In this document: positions 19,422 to 29,571 of the stretch, one piece after another
Layout of the letters: each line of letters starts with the position of its first letter
How positions within the stretch are numbered: the first letter of the stretch is position 1
From: an uncultured Gemmatimonadales bacterium
GTDB lineage: Bacteria > Gemmatimonadota > Gemmatimonadetes > Gemmatimonadales > GWC2-71-9
Length of the DNA stretch: 64,000 bases
Reading direction: 5' to 3'
Assembly: GCA_963828735.1 (NCBI GenBank)
Contig: CAWHFW010000006.1
Span: forward strand, 64,001 to 128,000
Translations under genes and position numbers: made by a program
Notes under the pieces: generated by a model
Seen by the model: only the letters and a program-made list of their open reading frames with translations
What the model was told of the DNA's origin: nothing
Database searches by the model: none

Positions 19422-20738
19422 ATGACCGCCGCCCCAGACTACTCCAGCCTCGATCCCTGCGTCCACTGCGGCTTCTGCCTCCCCGCCTGCCCCACCTACC
19501 TCGCCACAGGCGATGAGTCCGACAGCCCTCGCGGGCGCATCGTCCTCATGCGGGCGCTGGAACGGGGCGAGATCGCCGCGGGCGACGAGGGCTTGATCGA
19601 GCACCTCGACGCCTGCCTGGGCTGCCTCGGGTGCGAGCCCGTCTGCCCCTCGGGCGTGGGGTACGGACAGGGGATTCAGGCCGCCCGTGAGCAGCTCTTT
19701 GCGAGCCGCGGGCTCACGCGCCTCGCCGCCGTGGTGCTGGGCATCTTCCGGCAGGAGCGGCTGTGGCGCCCGCTATTCACGCTGAGTCGCGCCCTCCGGC
19801 GTACCGGGCTCCCCAGGCGGCTCGCAGGCGCCGGGAGGATCGGATTCGGCATGGGCATGCTCGCCGCGACCGAAGGGAGCGACCGCCCCAAGGCTCGCCC
19901 CCGGCGGGCATCGACGGCTTCACCGTCCGCGACCACAGTCGCGCTGTTCCGCGGCTGCGTCATGGATACGCTGTTCCGTCACGTCCATGATGCGACCCGC
20001 CGGACACTCGAGGCGAACGGGTATCGGGTCGTGGTGCCTGAGGGACAGGCCTGTTGCGGCGCCCTCCACGAGCATGCCGGGCACCGCGCGGCCGCCGAGG
20101 AGCTGGCGCGACTCAACGTGGCGGCCCTGGCGGACGCGGCGGACTACGTCGTGGTGAACAGCGCCGGCTGCGGCGCGCTGCTCAAGGGCTACGGGCACCT
20201 GCTCGATTCGGACGCGGCGCGCTCGCTCGCGGCCAAGGTTCGCGACGTGTCCGAGCTCCTCGCCGAGCGCGGGCCGAGACGTGGCGGCGATCTCCCGCTG
20301 GACGTGGCGTACGATGCGCCGTGTCACCTGCAGCATGCGCAACGGGTGCACGCCGCGCCGCTCGCCGTGCTCCATGCGATTCCCGCCCTTCGTCTCAGGC
20401 TGCTGCCCACCTCGGACAAGTGTTGCGGCAGCGCGGGTATTTACTCGATGCTGCGGCCCGACATGGCCCGCGCCGTCCTCGACCTCAAGATCGAGAGCTT
20501 CGCCTCGGCGTCGCCGATGCCCGAGGTCGTCGCCACGGGGAATCCAGGATGTCTCATGCAGATCGGTGCGGGGGTGCGGGCCGCAGGACTGCCCATCAGG
20601 GTCGCGCACCCGGTGGAGCTCCTGGACGAGAGCTACCGCGTCGGAGGGATCTACCAGCCGCCCATCAATGCGGGGAGTGCGCCGAGCGCGCGAGCAGACG
20701 CGCCCGCAGCTCCGGCAGGCGCAGCCACCGGCCCTTGA
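19422..20738 (+). CDS. glcF: Glycolate oxidase Fe-S subunit GlcF-like
   Basis: CVHCGFCLPACP, CLGCLGCEPVCP, CCG motifs, PCHLQHAQ, NPGCLMQI. Confidence 0.92.
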   Translation: MTAAPDYSSLDPCVHCGFCLPACPTYLATGDESDSPRGRIVLMRALERGEIAAGDEGLIEHLDACLGCLGCEPVCPSGVGYGQGIQAAREQLFASRGLTRLAAVVLGIFRQERLWRPLFTLSRALRRTGLPRRLAGAGRIGFGMGMLAATEGSDRPKARPRRASTASPSATTVALFRGCVMDTLFRHVHDATRRTLEANGYRVVVPEGQACCGALHEHAGHRAAAEELARLNVAALADAADYVVVNSAGCGALLKGYGHLLDSDAARSLAAKVRDVSELLAERGPRRGGDLPLDVAYDAPCHLQHAQRVHAAPLAVLHAIPALRLRLLPTSDKCCGSAGIYSMLRPDMARAVLDLKIESFASASPMPEVVATGNPGCLMQIGAGVRAAGLPIRVAHPVELLDESYRVGGIYQPPINAGSAPSARADAPAAPAGAATGP

Positions 20739-22614
20739 GCTTGGCGGCGGCGCCGGCCACCGGCACCGACGGCTGACCGCCCCAATCCGGCGACGACTCG
20801 AACGAGTTGGGCCGATTGCTCACGTCGATCGGATTGCTCCCGTCGCTGTTCATCACGTAGATCTCGTTGTCGGAATCGTCGGTCCGCACGAACACCATCC
20901 GGCGGCCGTCGGGCGACCAGTCCGGTCCGAAATCGAAGCCCGGATGGTCCGTCAGGTTCATCCGCCCGCTCCCGTCGGGGTTCATCACCGCCACCTCACT
21001 CTCGAGGGGCTCATCCTCGGGGCCCGTGTTGAACGCGATCCGGCTTCCGTCCGGCGCCCATACCGGGCCGTCCTCCTGCGCGGTGCCCGGCGTCAGGTCG
21101 AGCAAGTTCGAGCCGTCCGCATTGATCACCCTGATCTGGTTCGGATTCACGGACGTGAACGCGATCCGGCTTCCGTCGGGAGACCAGGCGGGCTGGATGG
21201 CGGTCAGCGAGTCCGCGGTCAGGCGGCGATCGCCGCTCCCGTCCGCGCCGACGATGCGGATGTGCACGTTGTCCACGTCGTGCACGTAGGCGATCTGGGT
21301 CCCGTCCGGCGACCAGCTCGGGCTCTCTCCATCGGTGGCCAGCCGCCTCTTGCCGCTTCCGTCCGCCTGCATGACCCACAGATCGGAGAACAGCTGACCC
21401 CTCTGGATCCGCCCCCGGGAGAACGCGATGCGGCTCCCGTCCGGCGACCAGCGGTAGTCCACCACCTGCGCGTCATCCGACAGCTGCGTGCGGTCGCTGC
21501 CATCGCCGTTCATCACGTAGAGCGCTTCCGACGCGAATGAGGGAGCCACCCGGACGAACAGTATCCGTCGCCCGTCGGGCGACCAGATCGGGTCGCGCTC
21601 GAACACGCCGTCCGGCGTGAGATCGGTGAGCCCCGTTCCATCGGGGCTCACCACGAACACGGCCAGGAGACCGATGGCGTTGCCGCTGAAGGCGATCACC
21701 TGCGAATCGCCGACGCAGTTGACCGTGAACTCCGCGGTGACCTCGCCGCCGAGCGGGACCTGGATGTCCAGCGGGTTCGGGGACTGGACCGTGCAATTCG
21801 CCGCCACCCCGCCCAGCGTGACCCGGTGCGGCCCGAACGGCACCTGGTCGAGATCCGCCATGCCGTTCGCGACCCGCGTCGCCGGGGACGCGCCGTCCAG
21901 CGAGACCGTGTACCCCTCCGGACCCGTGGGCGTGCCCAACGTGGTGACGCGCACATGGATCGAGCCCGTCGGCGAGACGCAGGTGATCACGAAGCTCACC
22001 GTGCTGTCCGCGCCTGCGGTGACGACCACGGGGCGAGGATTGTCGCCGCCGACCGAGCAGTTGGGCGCGACGCCACTCAGTGTGATCTGGTGCGGCCCGG
22101 GCGGGACGCCCGGCAGCGTGCGGCTGTCGTTGACCCCGACAGCACCCATGCCGGTGTCATCGAGCTCTACCTGGTAGCCGTCGGAATCGGGGCTGTCACC
22201 CGAAGTCGCGGTCGTTACCACCACCTGCCCTTGCGTCGGGCCGCAGATCACGGCGAACGCGACGATCGCCGTGGTGCCCTCGGCGATCGTCGCGGAGGTC
22301 GTCGGGCCGCCGGTCGTGGTACAGTTGCCGGCCAGGCCGGCCAGCGTGATCGTGTGCTGGCCCGGGGCGAGTGGATCGATGATGAGGGTGTCGGTGATGC
22401 CGATGGACTCGCCGGGCGCCATGTCCACGACGACGCTGTAGCCGTCGGGATCCAGCTCGGTGCCGGTGGTGGTGGTGCGGACCTCGAGCGCGGGCATCAC
22501 GAGGCCGGCGCCGTCGCCGGCGCCGCAGGCGGCGGTCGCGAGGGCGAGGACAAACGGCGCGTGACCCCACGTGGACCGGGGGCGCGAGGCGGACACCGCT
22601 GTACTCCAAGACAT
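20665..22614 (-). CDS. Lipoprotein with Ig-like repeats and TolB/PD40 beta-propeller
   Basis: ATAAC lipobox; three repeats (DGYxVxxD..GxHxITLxGVAxNC); multiple WSPDGxRIAF repeats. Confidence 0.85.
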   Translation of the reverse strand: MSWSTAVSASRPRSTWGHAPFVLALATAACGAGDGAGLVMPALEVRTTTTGTELDPDGYSVVVDMAPGESIGITDTLIIDPLAPGQHTITLAGLAGNCTTTGGPTTSATIAEGTTAIVAFAVICGPTQGQVVVTTATSGDSPDSDGYQVELDDTGMGAVGVNDSRTLPGVPPGPHQITLSGVAPNCSVGGDNPRPVVVTAGADSTVSFVITCVSPTGSIHVRVTTLGTPTGPEGYTVSLDGASPATRVANGMADLDQVPFGPHRVTLGGVAANCTVQSPNPLDIQVPLGGEVTAEFTVNCVGDSQVIAFSGNAIGLLAVFVVSPDGTGLTDLTPDGVFERDPIWSPDGRRILFVRVAPSFASEALYVMNGDGSDRTQLSDDAQVVDYRWSPDGSRIAFSRGRIQRGQLFSDLWVMQADGSGKRRLATDGESPSWSPDGTQIAYVHDVDNVHIRIVGADGSGDRRLTADSLTAIQPAWSPDGSRIAFTSVNPNQIRVINADGSNLLDLTPGTAQEDGPVWAPDGSRIAFNTGPEDEPLESEVAVMNPDGSGRMNLTDHPGFDFGPDWSPDGRRMVFVRTDDSDNEIYVMNSDGSNPIDVSNRPNSFESSPDWGGQPSVPVAGAAAKLKGRWLRLPELRARLLARSAHSPH

Positions 22615-22797
22615 TACAGCCTCCGGCCCCGGCGCTTCGCGGGCCGACGGCTACCGCGCGGGCGCGGGGCCGGACGACCGTTGGGAGACTTGCATTGACG
22701 ACCCTCCGCGGACCAACCGGGGAGGACCGGTGGGAGCACGGCGGACTGCTGTCGTGTGCCCCCTAGAAAGGTGGCTTGCCGCTGGGAGAAACGCCAC

Positions 22798-23724
22798 TCA
22801 CTTCCGAGGCCGAATCAGCCACGAAAAATCGGGCATCTCGACGATGAGCCCGTGGTCGCGTGTGTTGCGCGAGATACCCGCAACCAGCTGGTCGTTGTAC
22901 CGATCCAGCCAGAAGTCGAACGGGTCCTCCGGCTTGGCGTCCTCGATCAAGAGATCGGTGTCGTCCATCGTCAGCTTGCCGAACCGGAGCACACCGCCGC
23001 GGAAGAACATGTAGTTCCGCGCCTTCGGCAGGGGCGGGGTGAGCGGCTCCACCGCGTGGCTGCCCTCCGGCCGGAAGACCTGCACGATCTCGCTGTCGTT
23101 GACCTCCACCCGGCCCACCCGGCCCTCGACGGCGGGCGGCGGGAGGAGCCCGGTCGGCGAGAGCAGGAAGTCGTCACCCACGATCCGGACCCCGCGTGCC
23201 TGGCGGGTGTCCACGAGCTTCTGCAGGTTGAGCCCGAAGAGCTTCATCAGGCCACCAACGTGGATCCCGACCGCCTTGACCGTGGTGGGATGGAGTCGCA
23301 GGTCTCCCTCGGGCGTGAGGGAGAGGTCGCCGACGAGGTCGAACGAGATGCCGCGCATGGTCCCGTGCTGGCGAATCTGGCCGTGATCGATCGTCACGAC
23401 CAGCTTCCGGAGCGGCGAGCCCGGATAGGCGAAGGTGTAGCGGTTGAGGAGCTCGCCGAGCGCGGCGGGGGTGATCGCGATCCGCGCGCTGTCGAGCTTC
23501 AGCACGAAGGATCGCTTGTCGTCGAGATACGCCGGATGCTCGGCCGCGGCACGGAGGAGGCGGCCCCGCGCGAAGCGGATGTCGAGCACGATCGTGCTGT
23601 CCACGTGGAAGGCGACATTCCGCATCTGCACCTGCACGGCGTGGTCGCTGGCCTGCGCGTGGATCGCTGCCACAGGGGCGAGCGCCCGCAAGGCCATCAG
23701 TACTCCAGCGTACGTCCAGCGCAC
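22798..23724 (-). CDS. Hypothetical secreted protein
   Basis: Coding-like ORF; GAAGGAG upstream of GTG 23724; signal-peptide-like N-terminus (AIHAQ). Confidence 0.65.
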   Translation of the reverse strand: MRWTYAGVLMALRALAPVAAIHAQASDHAVQVQMRNVAFHVDSTIVLDIRFARGRLLRAAAEHPAYLDDKRSFVLKLDSARIAITPAALGELLNRYTFAYPGSPLRKLVVTIDHGQIRQHGTMRGISFDLVGDLSLTPEGDLRLHPTTVKAVGIHVGGLMKLFGLNLQKLVDTRQARGVRIVGDDFLLSPTGLLPPPAVEGRVGRVEVNDSEIVQVFRPEGSHAVEPLTPPLPKARNYMFFRGGVLRFGKLTMDDTDLLIEDAKPEDPFDFWLDRYNDQLVAGISRNTRDHGLIVEMPDFSWLIRPRK

Positions 23725-23803
23725 CGCCGCTCCTTCGACGTGATGCCGCAATCTAACGCCGGACATCTTACCCTCCCTCGCCTTCCCCGTTATTCCTTCC
23801 GAT

Positions 23804-24466
23804 ATGACGGCCGCCATCCTGTTCGACTTCAACGGCGTCATCGTCGACGACGAGCCGCAGCATTGTGACGCTCTGATCGCGACGCTGGCGGACTACGGTT
23901 TCACCCTCGAGCGGGACGCGTACTATCGCGACTACCTCGGCTTCGACGATCGCGAGTGCTTCCGCTTCACCTTCGGCCACATGGGACGGCCCGCGGACGA
24001 GCCCGCCCTGGCGGAGGCGATCGAGCGCAAGAACGCCCACTACGAGCGCGCCATCCGCGCGGGCATGCGGCTCGTGCCCGGCGCCGCGGATTTCATCGAG
24101 ACCGCGGCGCTCGACGGCTTTCAGCTGGCCATCGTGAGCGGCGCGCTCCGCCGCGAGATCGACCTCGTGCTCGGCCTCGCGGGCCTCCGCCCGCACTTCG
24201 CCGAGATCGTCGCGGCGGAGGACGTCAGCGCCTGCAAGCCGGACCCCCAGGGATACAACCGGGCGCGCGCCGCGCTCGCGCTCGCCTCCAACCGCTGCGT
24301 CGTGGTCGAGGATTCGCTCCCCGGACTCGCCGCCGCCCGCGCCGCTGGCCTCCGCTGTGCCATGCTCTCCACTTCGCACGGTGAGACGGACTGCGACGGC
24401 GCCGATCTCATCTGGCAGGATTTCACCGGCCATGCTCCGGCAGAATTGCCCTGGGCCCATGCCTGA
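23804..24466 (+). CDS. HAD family phosphatase
   Basis: ILFDFNGVIVD, KPDP, VVEDS. Confidence 0.9.
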   Translation: MTAAILFDFNGVIVDDEPQHCDALIATLADYGFTLERDAYYRDYLGFDDRECFRFTFGHMGRPADEPALAEAIERKNAHYERAIRAGMRLVPGAADFIETAALDGFQLAIVSGALRREIDLVLGLAGLRPHFAEIVAAEDVSACKPDPQGYNRARAALALASNRCVVVEDSLPGLAAARAAGLRCAMLSTSHGETDCDGADLIWQDFTGHAPAELPWAHA

Positions 24467-25445
24467 CCTCGACCTGCGGCTGGACCGCGCCCGCCTCGAC
24501 CGCGTACGCCACGGGGCGACCCTGGTGACCGATCGCCCGGCCGTCGTCCGCATCACGGGGCCGGGCGCCTTGGCGTGCCTGCAGGGCCTGCTGACGAACG
24601 ACCTCGATCGCCCGGGCGACCGGACCCTGGTCTATGGCGCCCTGCTCACGCCCAAGGGGATGATCGTGGTGGATGCGTGGGTGCTGCGCCAAGGCGACAG
24701 CTTCACCCTGATCATGCCGCGCTCGGGCCACGCGGCGGCGATCGAGCTCTTCACCCGACAGCTTCCGCCGCGCCTCGCGCGCACGACGGATCTGACGGGA
24801 GAGGCCGCGGTGGCCTGGCTGCTCGGCGCACACGGCTTCCAGGTGCTCGCGAAGTCGGGCGTCGGCATGCCCGAATCGGCGGGACGGGTAGCGTCGGTCG
24901 GCGGCGAGCTGAGCCCGGTGTCGGTGGCGCTGGCGCCGGAGTCGGCACCGTTCGTCGCCCTCGCGGTGGGCCTCTCGCCGGCGCTCGAGCCCGTCGTCGC
25001 GCGGCTCACGGCGGCCGGCGCGCTCACTGGTGGCGACTGCGACCTGCACGCCGCCCGACTCCTCTCGGGCTGGCCGGCCCTCGGCGTCGAGATCGACGAG
25101 CGGACCCTTCCACAGGAAGTGCGGTATGACGAGATCGGCGGCGTCTCGTATACGAAGGGGTGCTATACCGGGCAGGAAACGGTCGCGCGCCTCCACTTCC
25201 GGGGACACACCAACCGGGAGCTTCGGGGCCTGCACTGGACCGACACCGAGCCGCTGGACGGCCGGGCCATCGTCTACGGGGAGAAGGAGGTAGGCAGCGT
25301 CCGCTCGACGCTCACGCTCGAGGACCGCGTCCTCGGGCTCGGCGTGGTGCGGCGGGAGGTCGAGCCGGGCGAGACGGTGACCGCCGGCGGCCGGCGCGCC
25401 ACCGTCGTGACGCTGCCCTTCGGCGCGGACGAGGTGGACGGGTGA
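24459..25445 (+). CDS. ygfZ: YgfZ/GcvT family folate-binding protein
   Basis: LQGLLTND, LTPKG, KGCYTGQETVAR signature. Confidence 0.88.
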   Translation: MPDLDLRLDRARLDRVRHGATLVTDRPAVVRITGPGALACLQGLLTNDLDRPGDRTLVYGALLTPKGMIVVDAWVLRQGDSFTLIMPRSGHAAAIELFTRQLPPRLARTTDLTGEAAVAWLLGAHGFQVLAKSGVGMPESAGRVASVGGELSPVSVALAPESAPFVALAVGLSPALEPVVARLTAAGALTGGDCDLHAARLLSGWPALGVEIDERTLPQEVRYDEIGGVSYTKGCYTGQETVARLHFRGHTNRELRGLHWTDTEPLDGRAIVYGEKEVGSVRSTLTLEDRVLGLGVVRREVEPGETVTAGGRRATVVTLPFGADEVDG

Positions 25446-25456
25446 CCAAACGACAG

Positions 25457-25483
25457 CGGGCCCCGGGACATGCCCGGGGCCCG
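25457..25483. terminator. Hairpin between convergent genes
   Basis: CGGGCCCCGGG-ACATG-CCCGGGGCCCG. Confidence 0.6.
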
Positions 25484-25505
25484 GCGCGACAGTGGGACCA
25501 GACGC

Positions 25506-25703
25506 TTACTTCTTCGCGGTATCCCGGGCCATCGTGGAGTCGGACGACATCGGCATGCTCGTGCTGTCGTGCGACATCCCGGCCATGCCGGTGTCGCTCG
25601 TGGCGGGAGCCATTGCGGCGGTATCGGCGGCAGGCGCGGCTTCCTTCTTCGGCCCGCAGCCAACCAGCACCAGCATGGCAGCCATCATCATGGTCTTCTT
25701 CAT
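25506..25703 (-). CDS. Small Met/Ser/Asp-rich lipoprotein (65 aa)
   Basis: GGAG RBS; MKKTMMMAAMLVLVGC lipobox; low-complexity tail; upstream TTGACA-16-TACGTT (25804-25777). Confidence 0.75.
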   Translation of the reverse strand: MKKTMMMAAMLVLVGCGPKKEAAPAADTAAMAPATSDTGMAGMSHDSTSMPMSSDSTMARDTAKK

Positions 25704-25934
25704 TGTTGCTCCAGATATGCTAGGGTTTGGCACTGCGCCTGCCACGAGCATCACTGTCGCCCACGGTACGGCGTCGAACGTAAGCCGGGGCCACATTTTG
25801 TCAAGCCATCGACGCCCGCTCATTCGCCGGATGGAACATGCAACCTCCTGCAGCAACACGGCTTGCAGGTTGATCTCTCGAGCCGGCCGAGACGTGCCGG
25901 ACTCACGGCCCAGACTTACGAGTGCTCATCTCTC

Positions 25935-27407
25935 ATGAACCATACGACCCTGCCACGCACTTTCGGCGAGCTCAAGAACAGCCCCTGGGCCGACGCGCCC
26001 TTCCGGGGCCGGACCGTCCGCGACGAGATCCGGACCAATCTGCTGGCCCGCCTGGCGGCCGGCGACCCGCTCTTTCCCGGCATCGTCGGCTACGAGGACA
26101 CCATCCTGCCGCAGATCGTGAACGCCCTGCTGGCGCGCCATCATTTCATTCTGCTCGGTCTTCGCGGCCAGGCCAAGAGCCGGATCCTTCGGGAGCTGAG
26201 CGGGCTGCTCGACGAGCGGATCCCGATCGTGGCCGGGAGCGAGGTCAGCGACGACCCGTTCGCGCCGATCTCCAAGTTCGCGCGCGAGCGCCTTGAGGAG
26301 TGCGGCGACGCGACGGCGATCGCGTGGCTCCGCCGGGACCAGCGCTACATCGAGAAGCTCGCGACGCCGGACGTCACCATCGCCGACATCATCGGTGACG
26401 TGGACCCGATCAAGGCGGCGCGCGGCGGCCATCTGTTGAGCGACGAGCTCACCATGCACTTCGGCCTCCTGCCCCGCGCCAACCGCGGCATCTTCACGAT
26501 CAACGAGCTGCCGGATCTGAGCGGGAAGGTGCAGGTCGGCCTGTTCAACATCATGCAGGAGGGCGACGTCCAGATCAAAGGCTATCCCGTACGCCTGCCG
26601 CTCGACGTGCTGCTCGCCTTCACGGCCAACCCCGAGGACTACACGGCCCGCGGGAAGATCATCACGCCGCTCAAGGACCGGATCGGGTCGGAAGTGATCA
26701 CCCATTACCCGCGCACGGTGCAGCTCGGCATGGAGATCACCGCCCAGGAGGCATGGGTCGAGCGAGGCGGGAAGACGCTCGATATCCCGGATTTCGTGCT
26801 CGAGGTGATCGAGCGGGTGGCGTTCGAGGCGCGCGAGGACAAGCGGGTGGACAAGCGCTCGGGGGTGAGCCAGCGGCTGCCGATCAGCGTGCTCGAGAAC
26901 GCGGTCTCCAACGCCGAGCGGCGGGCCACGCTGCTCGGCGAAGAGCGGATCGTGCCGAGGGTGAGCGACATCTACGCGGCCGTCCCCTCGATCACCGGCA
27001 AGCTCGAGCTGGAATACGAGGGCGAGCTGCAGGGCGGCGATACGATCGCGCGCGAGCTCATCCGGCGGGCGGCCGGCAAGGTGGTGGAGGACCGGATGGG
27101 CGGCGCCGACCTGGGAAAGATCGTCGCCTGGTTCGACCAGGGCGGCGCCCTCAAGGTGCCGGGCGACGAAAGGGCGGAGCTCTGCTTCAAGGGATTCAGC
27201 GTGGTGCCCGGGCTCATCGACACTATCGCCGAGTTCGGGCTCTCGCCCCGCGCGGACCATCCGCGTGCCGTGGCGGCCTGCGAGCTGGTCCTGGAAGGTC
27301 TGGCCGCCCAGAAGCGCATCAGCCGCAGCGAAGAGCTGGGATACACCCGCATGAAGCCCGAGCGACGGGAGCCGGGGTACGGGAAAGGCGGGATTTCGTT
27401 CGGGTAG
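25935..27407 (+). CDS. Magnesium-chelatase-like/MoxR-type AAA+ ATPase
   Basis: GLRGQAKS, KLATPD, INELPDL, TANPEDYTARGKIITPLKDRIGS, SGVSQR. Confidence 0.88.
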   Translation: MNHTTLPRTFGELKNSPWADAPFRGRTVRDEIRTNLLARLAAGDPLFPGIVGYEDTILPQIVNALLARHHFILLGLRGQAKSRILRELSGLLDERIPIVAGSEVSDDPFAPISKFARERLEECGDATAIAWLRRDQRYIEKLATPDVTIADIIGDVDPIKAARGGHLLSDELTMHFGLLPRANRGIFTINELPDLSGKVQVGLFNIMQEGDVQIKGYPVRLPLDVLLAFTANPEDYTARGKIITPLKDRIGSEVITHYPRTVQLGMEITAQEAWVERGGKTLDIPDFVLEVIERVAFEAREDKRVDKRSGVSQRLPISVLENAVSNAERRATLLGEERIVPRVSDIYAAVPSITGKLELEYEGELQGGDTIARELIRRAAGKVVEDRMGGADLGKIVAWFDQGGALKVPGDERAELCFKGFSVVPGLIDTIAEFGLSPRADHPRAVAACELVLEGLAAQKRISRSEELGYTRMKPERREPGYGKGGISFG

Positions 27408-27440
27408 GCCGGGCAGGCGGGGTGGTCGGGCAATCGCCCG

Positions 27441-28067
27441 TCACCACCCCATCGCGCGTGCCCGCGCCACGATGACGTCCGTCGCCCCGTCGAATCCGAG
27501 CACGCCGGTGTTGAGCACGATGTGAAAGTTCACCGGGTCGGCCCAGTCGCGGCGGTAGTACTCGCGGTTGTACCGGGCGCGCATCTTGTCGGTCTGGTCG
27601 AGCACGGTGGCGGCCTTTTCGGCGTTGCAACCCAGCCGGGCGGCGGCCACCTGGATACGGAAGACACGGGGCGCGACGAGCTTCACGTGGAGCGCGTCCA
27701 CTTCCCGCGAGAGGACCGCCGGCGCCGAGCGACCCACCAGTACGACCCGCCCCTGCGCCGCGATCTCGGCCACCACGGTCTCCGTGATCTTCACCAGGTC
27801 GGCCTCGGGCATCTCCACCACGGCGCCGGCCGTCTCGGCCGGTGAGAAAACCTCGGGTGAGGCGGCGGCCAGGGTGCGGGCCAGCCGTTCAACGAAGGTC
27901 GAGACGCGCTCCTCCCGCTCCGCCACGCGCTCGGGCGGCAGGCCCGCCCGGGCGGCTACCTGCTCCACGAGCTCGTTGTCCACCACGCGCCAGCCGAGCG
28001 CCGCCGCCACCCGCTTCGCGACCTCCGAGCCCCCGGCGCCGAACTGGCGCGAGATGGTGATGAGCAT
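27441..28067 (-). CDS. Cytidylate kinase-like family protein
   Basis: ITISRQFGAGG, VVLVGR, DKMRARYNREYY. Confidence 0.88.
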   Translation of the reverse strand: MLITISRQFGAGGSEVAKRVAAALGWRVVDNELVEQVAARAGLPPERVAEREERVSTFVERLARTLAAASPEVFSPAETAGAVVEMPEADLVKITETVVAEIAAQGRVVLVGRSAPAVLSREVDALHVKLVAPRVFRIQVAAARLGCNAEKAATVLDQTDKMRARYNREYYRRDWADPVNFHIVLNTGVLGFDGATDVIVARARAMGW

Positions 28068-28101
28068 CGGGCTAAGATGGGGGGCGATCGGGAAGTGGGA
28101 A

Positions 28102-28160
28102 AGGTCGGGGAGCGGGTGGTCGGGGAGCGGGTGGTCGGGCGAGCGGGCGAGCGGGCGAGC
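28102..28160. repeat. Short G-rich intergenic tandem repeats
   Basis: GGTCGGGGAGCGGGT x2 followed by GGGCGAGC x3. Confidence 0.6.
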
Positions 28161-28179
28161 GACGATGCGTCAGGCCCAG

Positions 28180-29478
28180 TCAGGCCCGTTCCCGCCCCTC
28201 GCCCGCGTCGCCCGCAAGGTCGCCCACCGCCCGCCGGATTGCCCGCTCCTGGGTCGGCTCGATGGTCCCCCCTACCCCACGGGTCTCCCACATCCGCCAC
28301 GCCACGACGGAGGCCACGACGAGGCACACGAGTCCTCCGCTGGCGATCGCGGTGCGCACCCCGAAGTGTTCGGCGATCCAGCCCGCCTGAAGCGATCCCA
28401 GCGGCGCCAGCCCGAGGACAACGAACGAGTACAACCCCATCACCCGGCCGCGCAGGCGATCGGGCGCCTGGAGCTGAAGGGTCGTATTGGCGGCGATACC
28501 GTTGAGCGCCATCAGGCAGCCCGCGACGGTGAACAGCACGACTGCCCACCAGAAGTTCGGCGCGAGCGCCGCACCGGCGAGCACGAGGCCGAACAGCATC
28601 GAGGAGCCGAGGACCAACCTCCCCCGCCGAGTCCGCCCACCGAGGCCGGCCATGAAGAACGCGGCAGCCGCCGCGCCCACGCCGATCGCGGAGACCATGG
28701 CGCCGTACCCGCCGGCGTCGAGCCCGAGCGCGTCCCGCGCGAAGACCGGCATCATGGTCATGAAGGAAAAGCCGAACACCGCGAACGTCGCGATGATCGT
28801 GACCACCGCGCGGGGCCACCGGGTGCCGAACACGTACCGGAACCCCTCGCGCATCGCCTCGAACGCGGGCTCGTGGGCGGCCAGCGGTCGCGGCTCGATG
28901 CGCATGAGGAGCAGGCTCGTGATCACGGCGAGGTAGCTCGCCGCGTTGGCGAAGAAGCAGGCCGCGAGCCCCACGGTGGCGATGAGCACCCCCGCGATGG
29001 CCGGCCCCACGACTCGGGCGACGTTGAAAGCGCTCGAGCCGAGCGCGATGGCGTTCATCAGATCCTCGCGGTCGACGATCTCCGCGATCAACGCCTGGCG
29101 CGTCGGGACCTCGAACGCCGAGAGGAAGCCGAAGAAGACGGCGAGCCCCATCACCCAGTGTACCGTCACTCGATCGAGCGCGATCAGGATGCCCAGGGTC
29201 AGGGCTTCCAGCAGCATGAGCGACTGGAAGATCAGTACCAGGCGGTGCTTGTTCACCCGGTCGGCGACCACGCCGCCATAGAGCGAGAACAGCAGGATCG
29301 GCAGCGTGCCGAGCGTCGTGACGAGGCCAACCTGGAACGGGGAGTTCGTCAGGTGCAGCACCAGCCAGCCCAACGCGACCGTCTGGATCCACGTGCCGCA
29401 GAGCGACACGAACTGCCCGACGATGAACAGCCGGAAGTTCCGGTGGCGAAATGCGGCGAAGAGCGCTGGAGCGGGCAC
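28180..29478 (-). CDS. MFS transporter
   Basis: FRHRNFRLFIVGQFVSLCGTWIQ, GGVVADR, FNVARVVGPAIAG, LRGRVMG; many hydrophobic segments. Confidence 0.92.
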   Translation of the reverse strand: MPAPALFAAFRHRNFRLFIVGQFVSLCGTWIQTVALGWLVLHLTNSPFQVGLVTTLGTLPILLFSLYGGVVADRVNKHRLVLIFQSLMLLEALTLGILIALDRVTVHWVMGLAVFFGFLSAFEVPTRQALIAEIVDREDLMNAIALGSSAFNVARVVGPAIAGVLIATVGLAACFFANAASYLAVITSLLLMRIEPRPLAAHEPAFEAMREGFRYVFGTRWPRAVVTIIATFAVFGFSFMTMMPVFARDALGLDAGGYGAMVSAIGVGAAAAAFFMAGLGGRTRRGRLVLGSSMLFGLVLAGAALAPNFWWAVVLFTVAGCLMALNGIAANTTLQLQAPDRLRGRVMGLYSFVVLGLAPLGSLQAGWIAEHFGVRTAIASGGLVCLVVASVVAWRMWETRGVGGTIEPTQERAIRRAVGDLAGDAGEGRERA

Positions 29479-29571
29479 GGGGGGAAGGTAATCTGGCCTC
29501 GTCGGCCGGTCGCCCGCCCTCATCCCTTTCCCGGCTCCCCTGGGCGCGTTATCCATTCGACAGGAGACCTC

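Noticed and set aside
28102..28160. Possible CRISPR or MITE
   Set aside because: Simple short tandem repeats without spacers or terminal inverted repeats.
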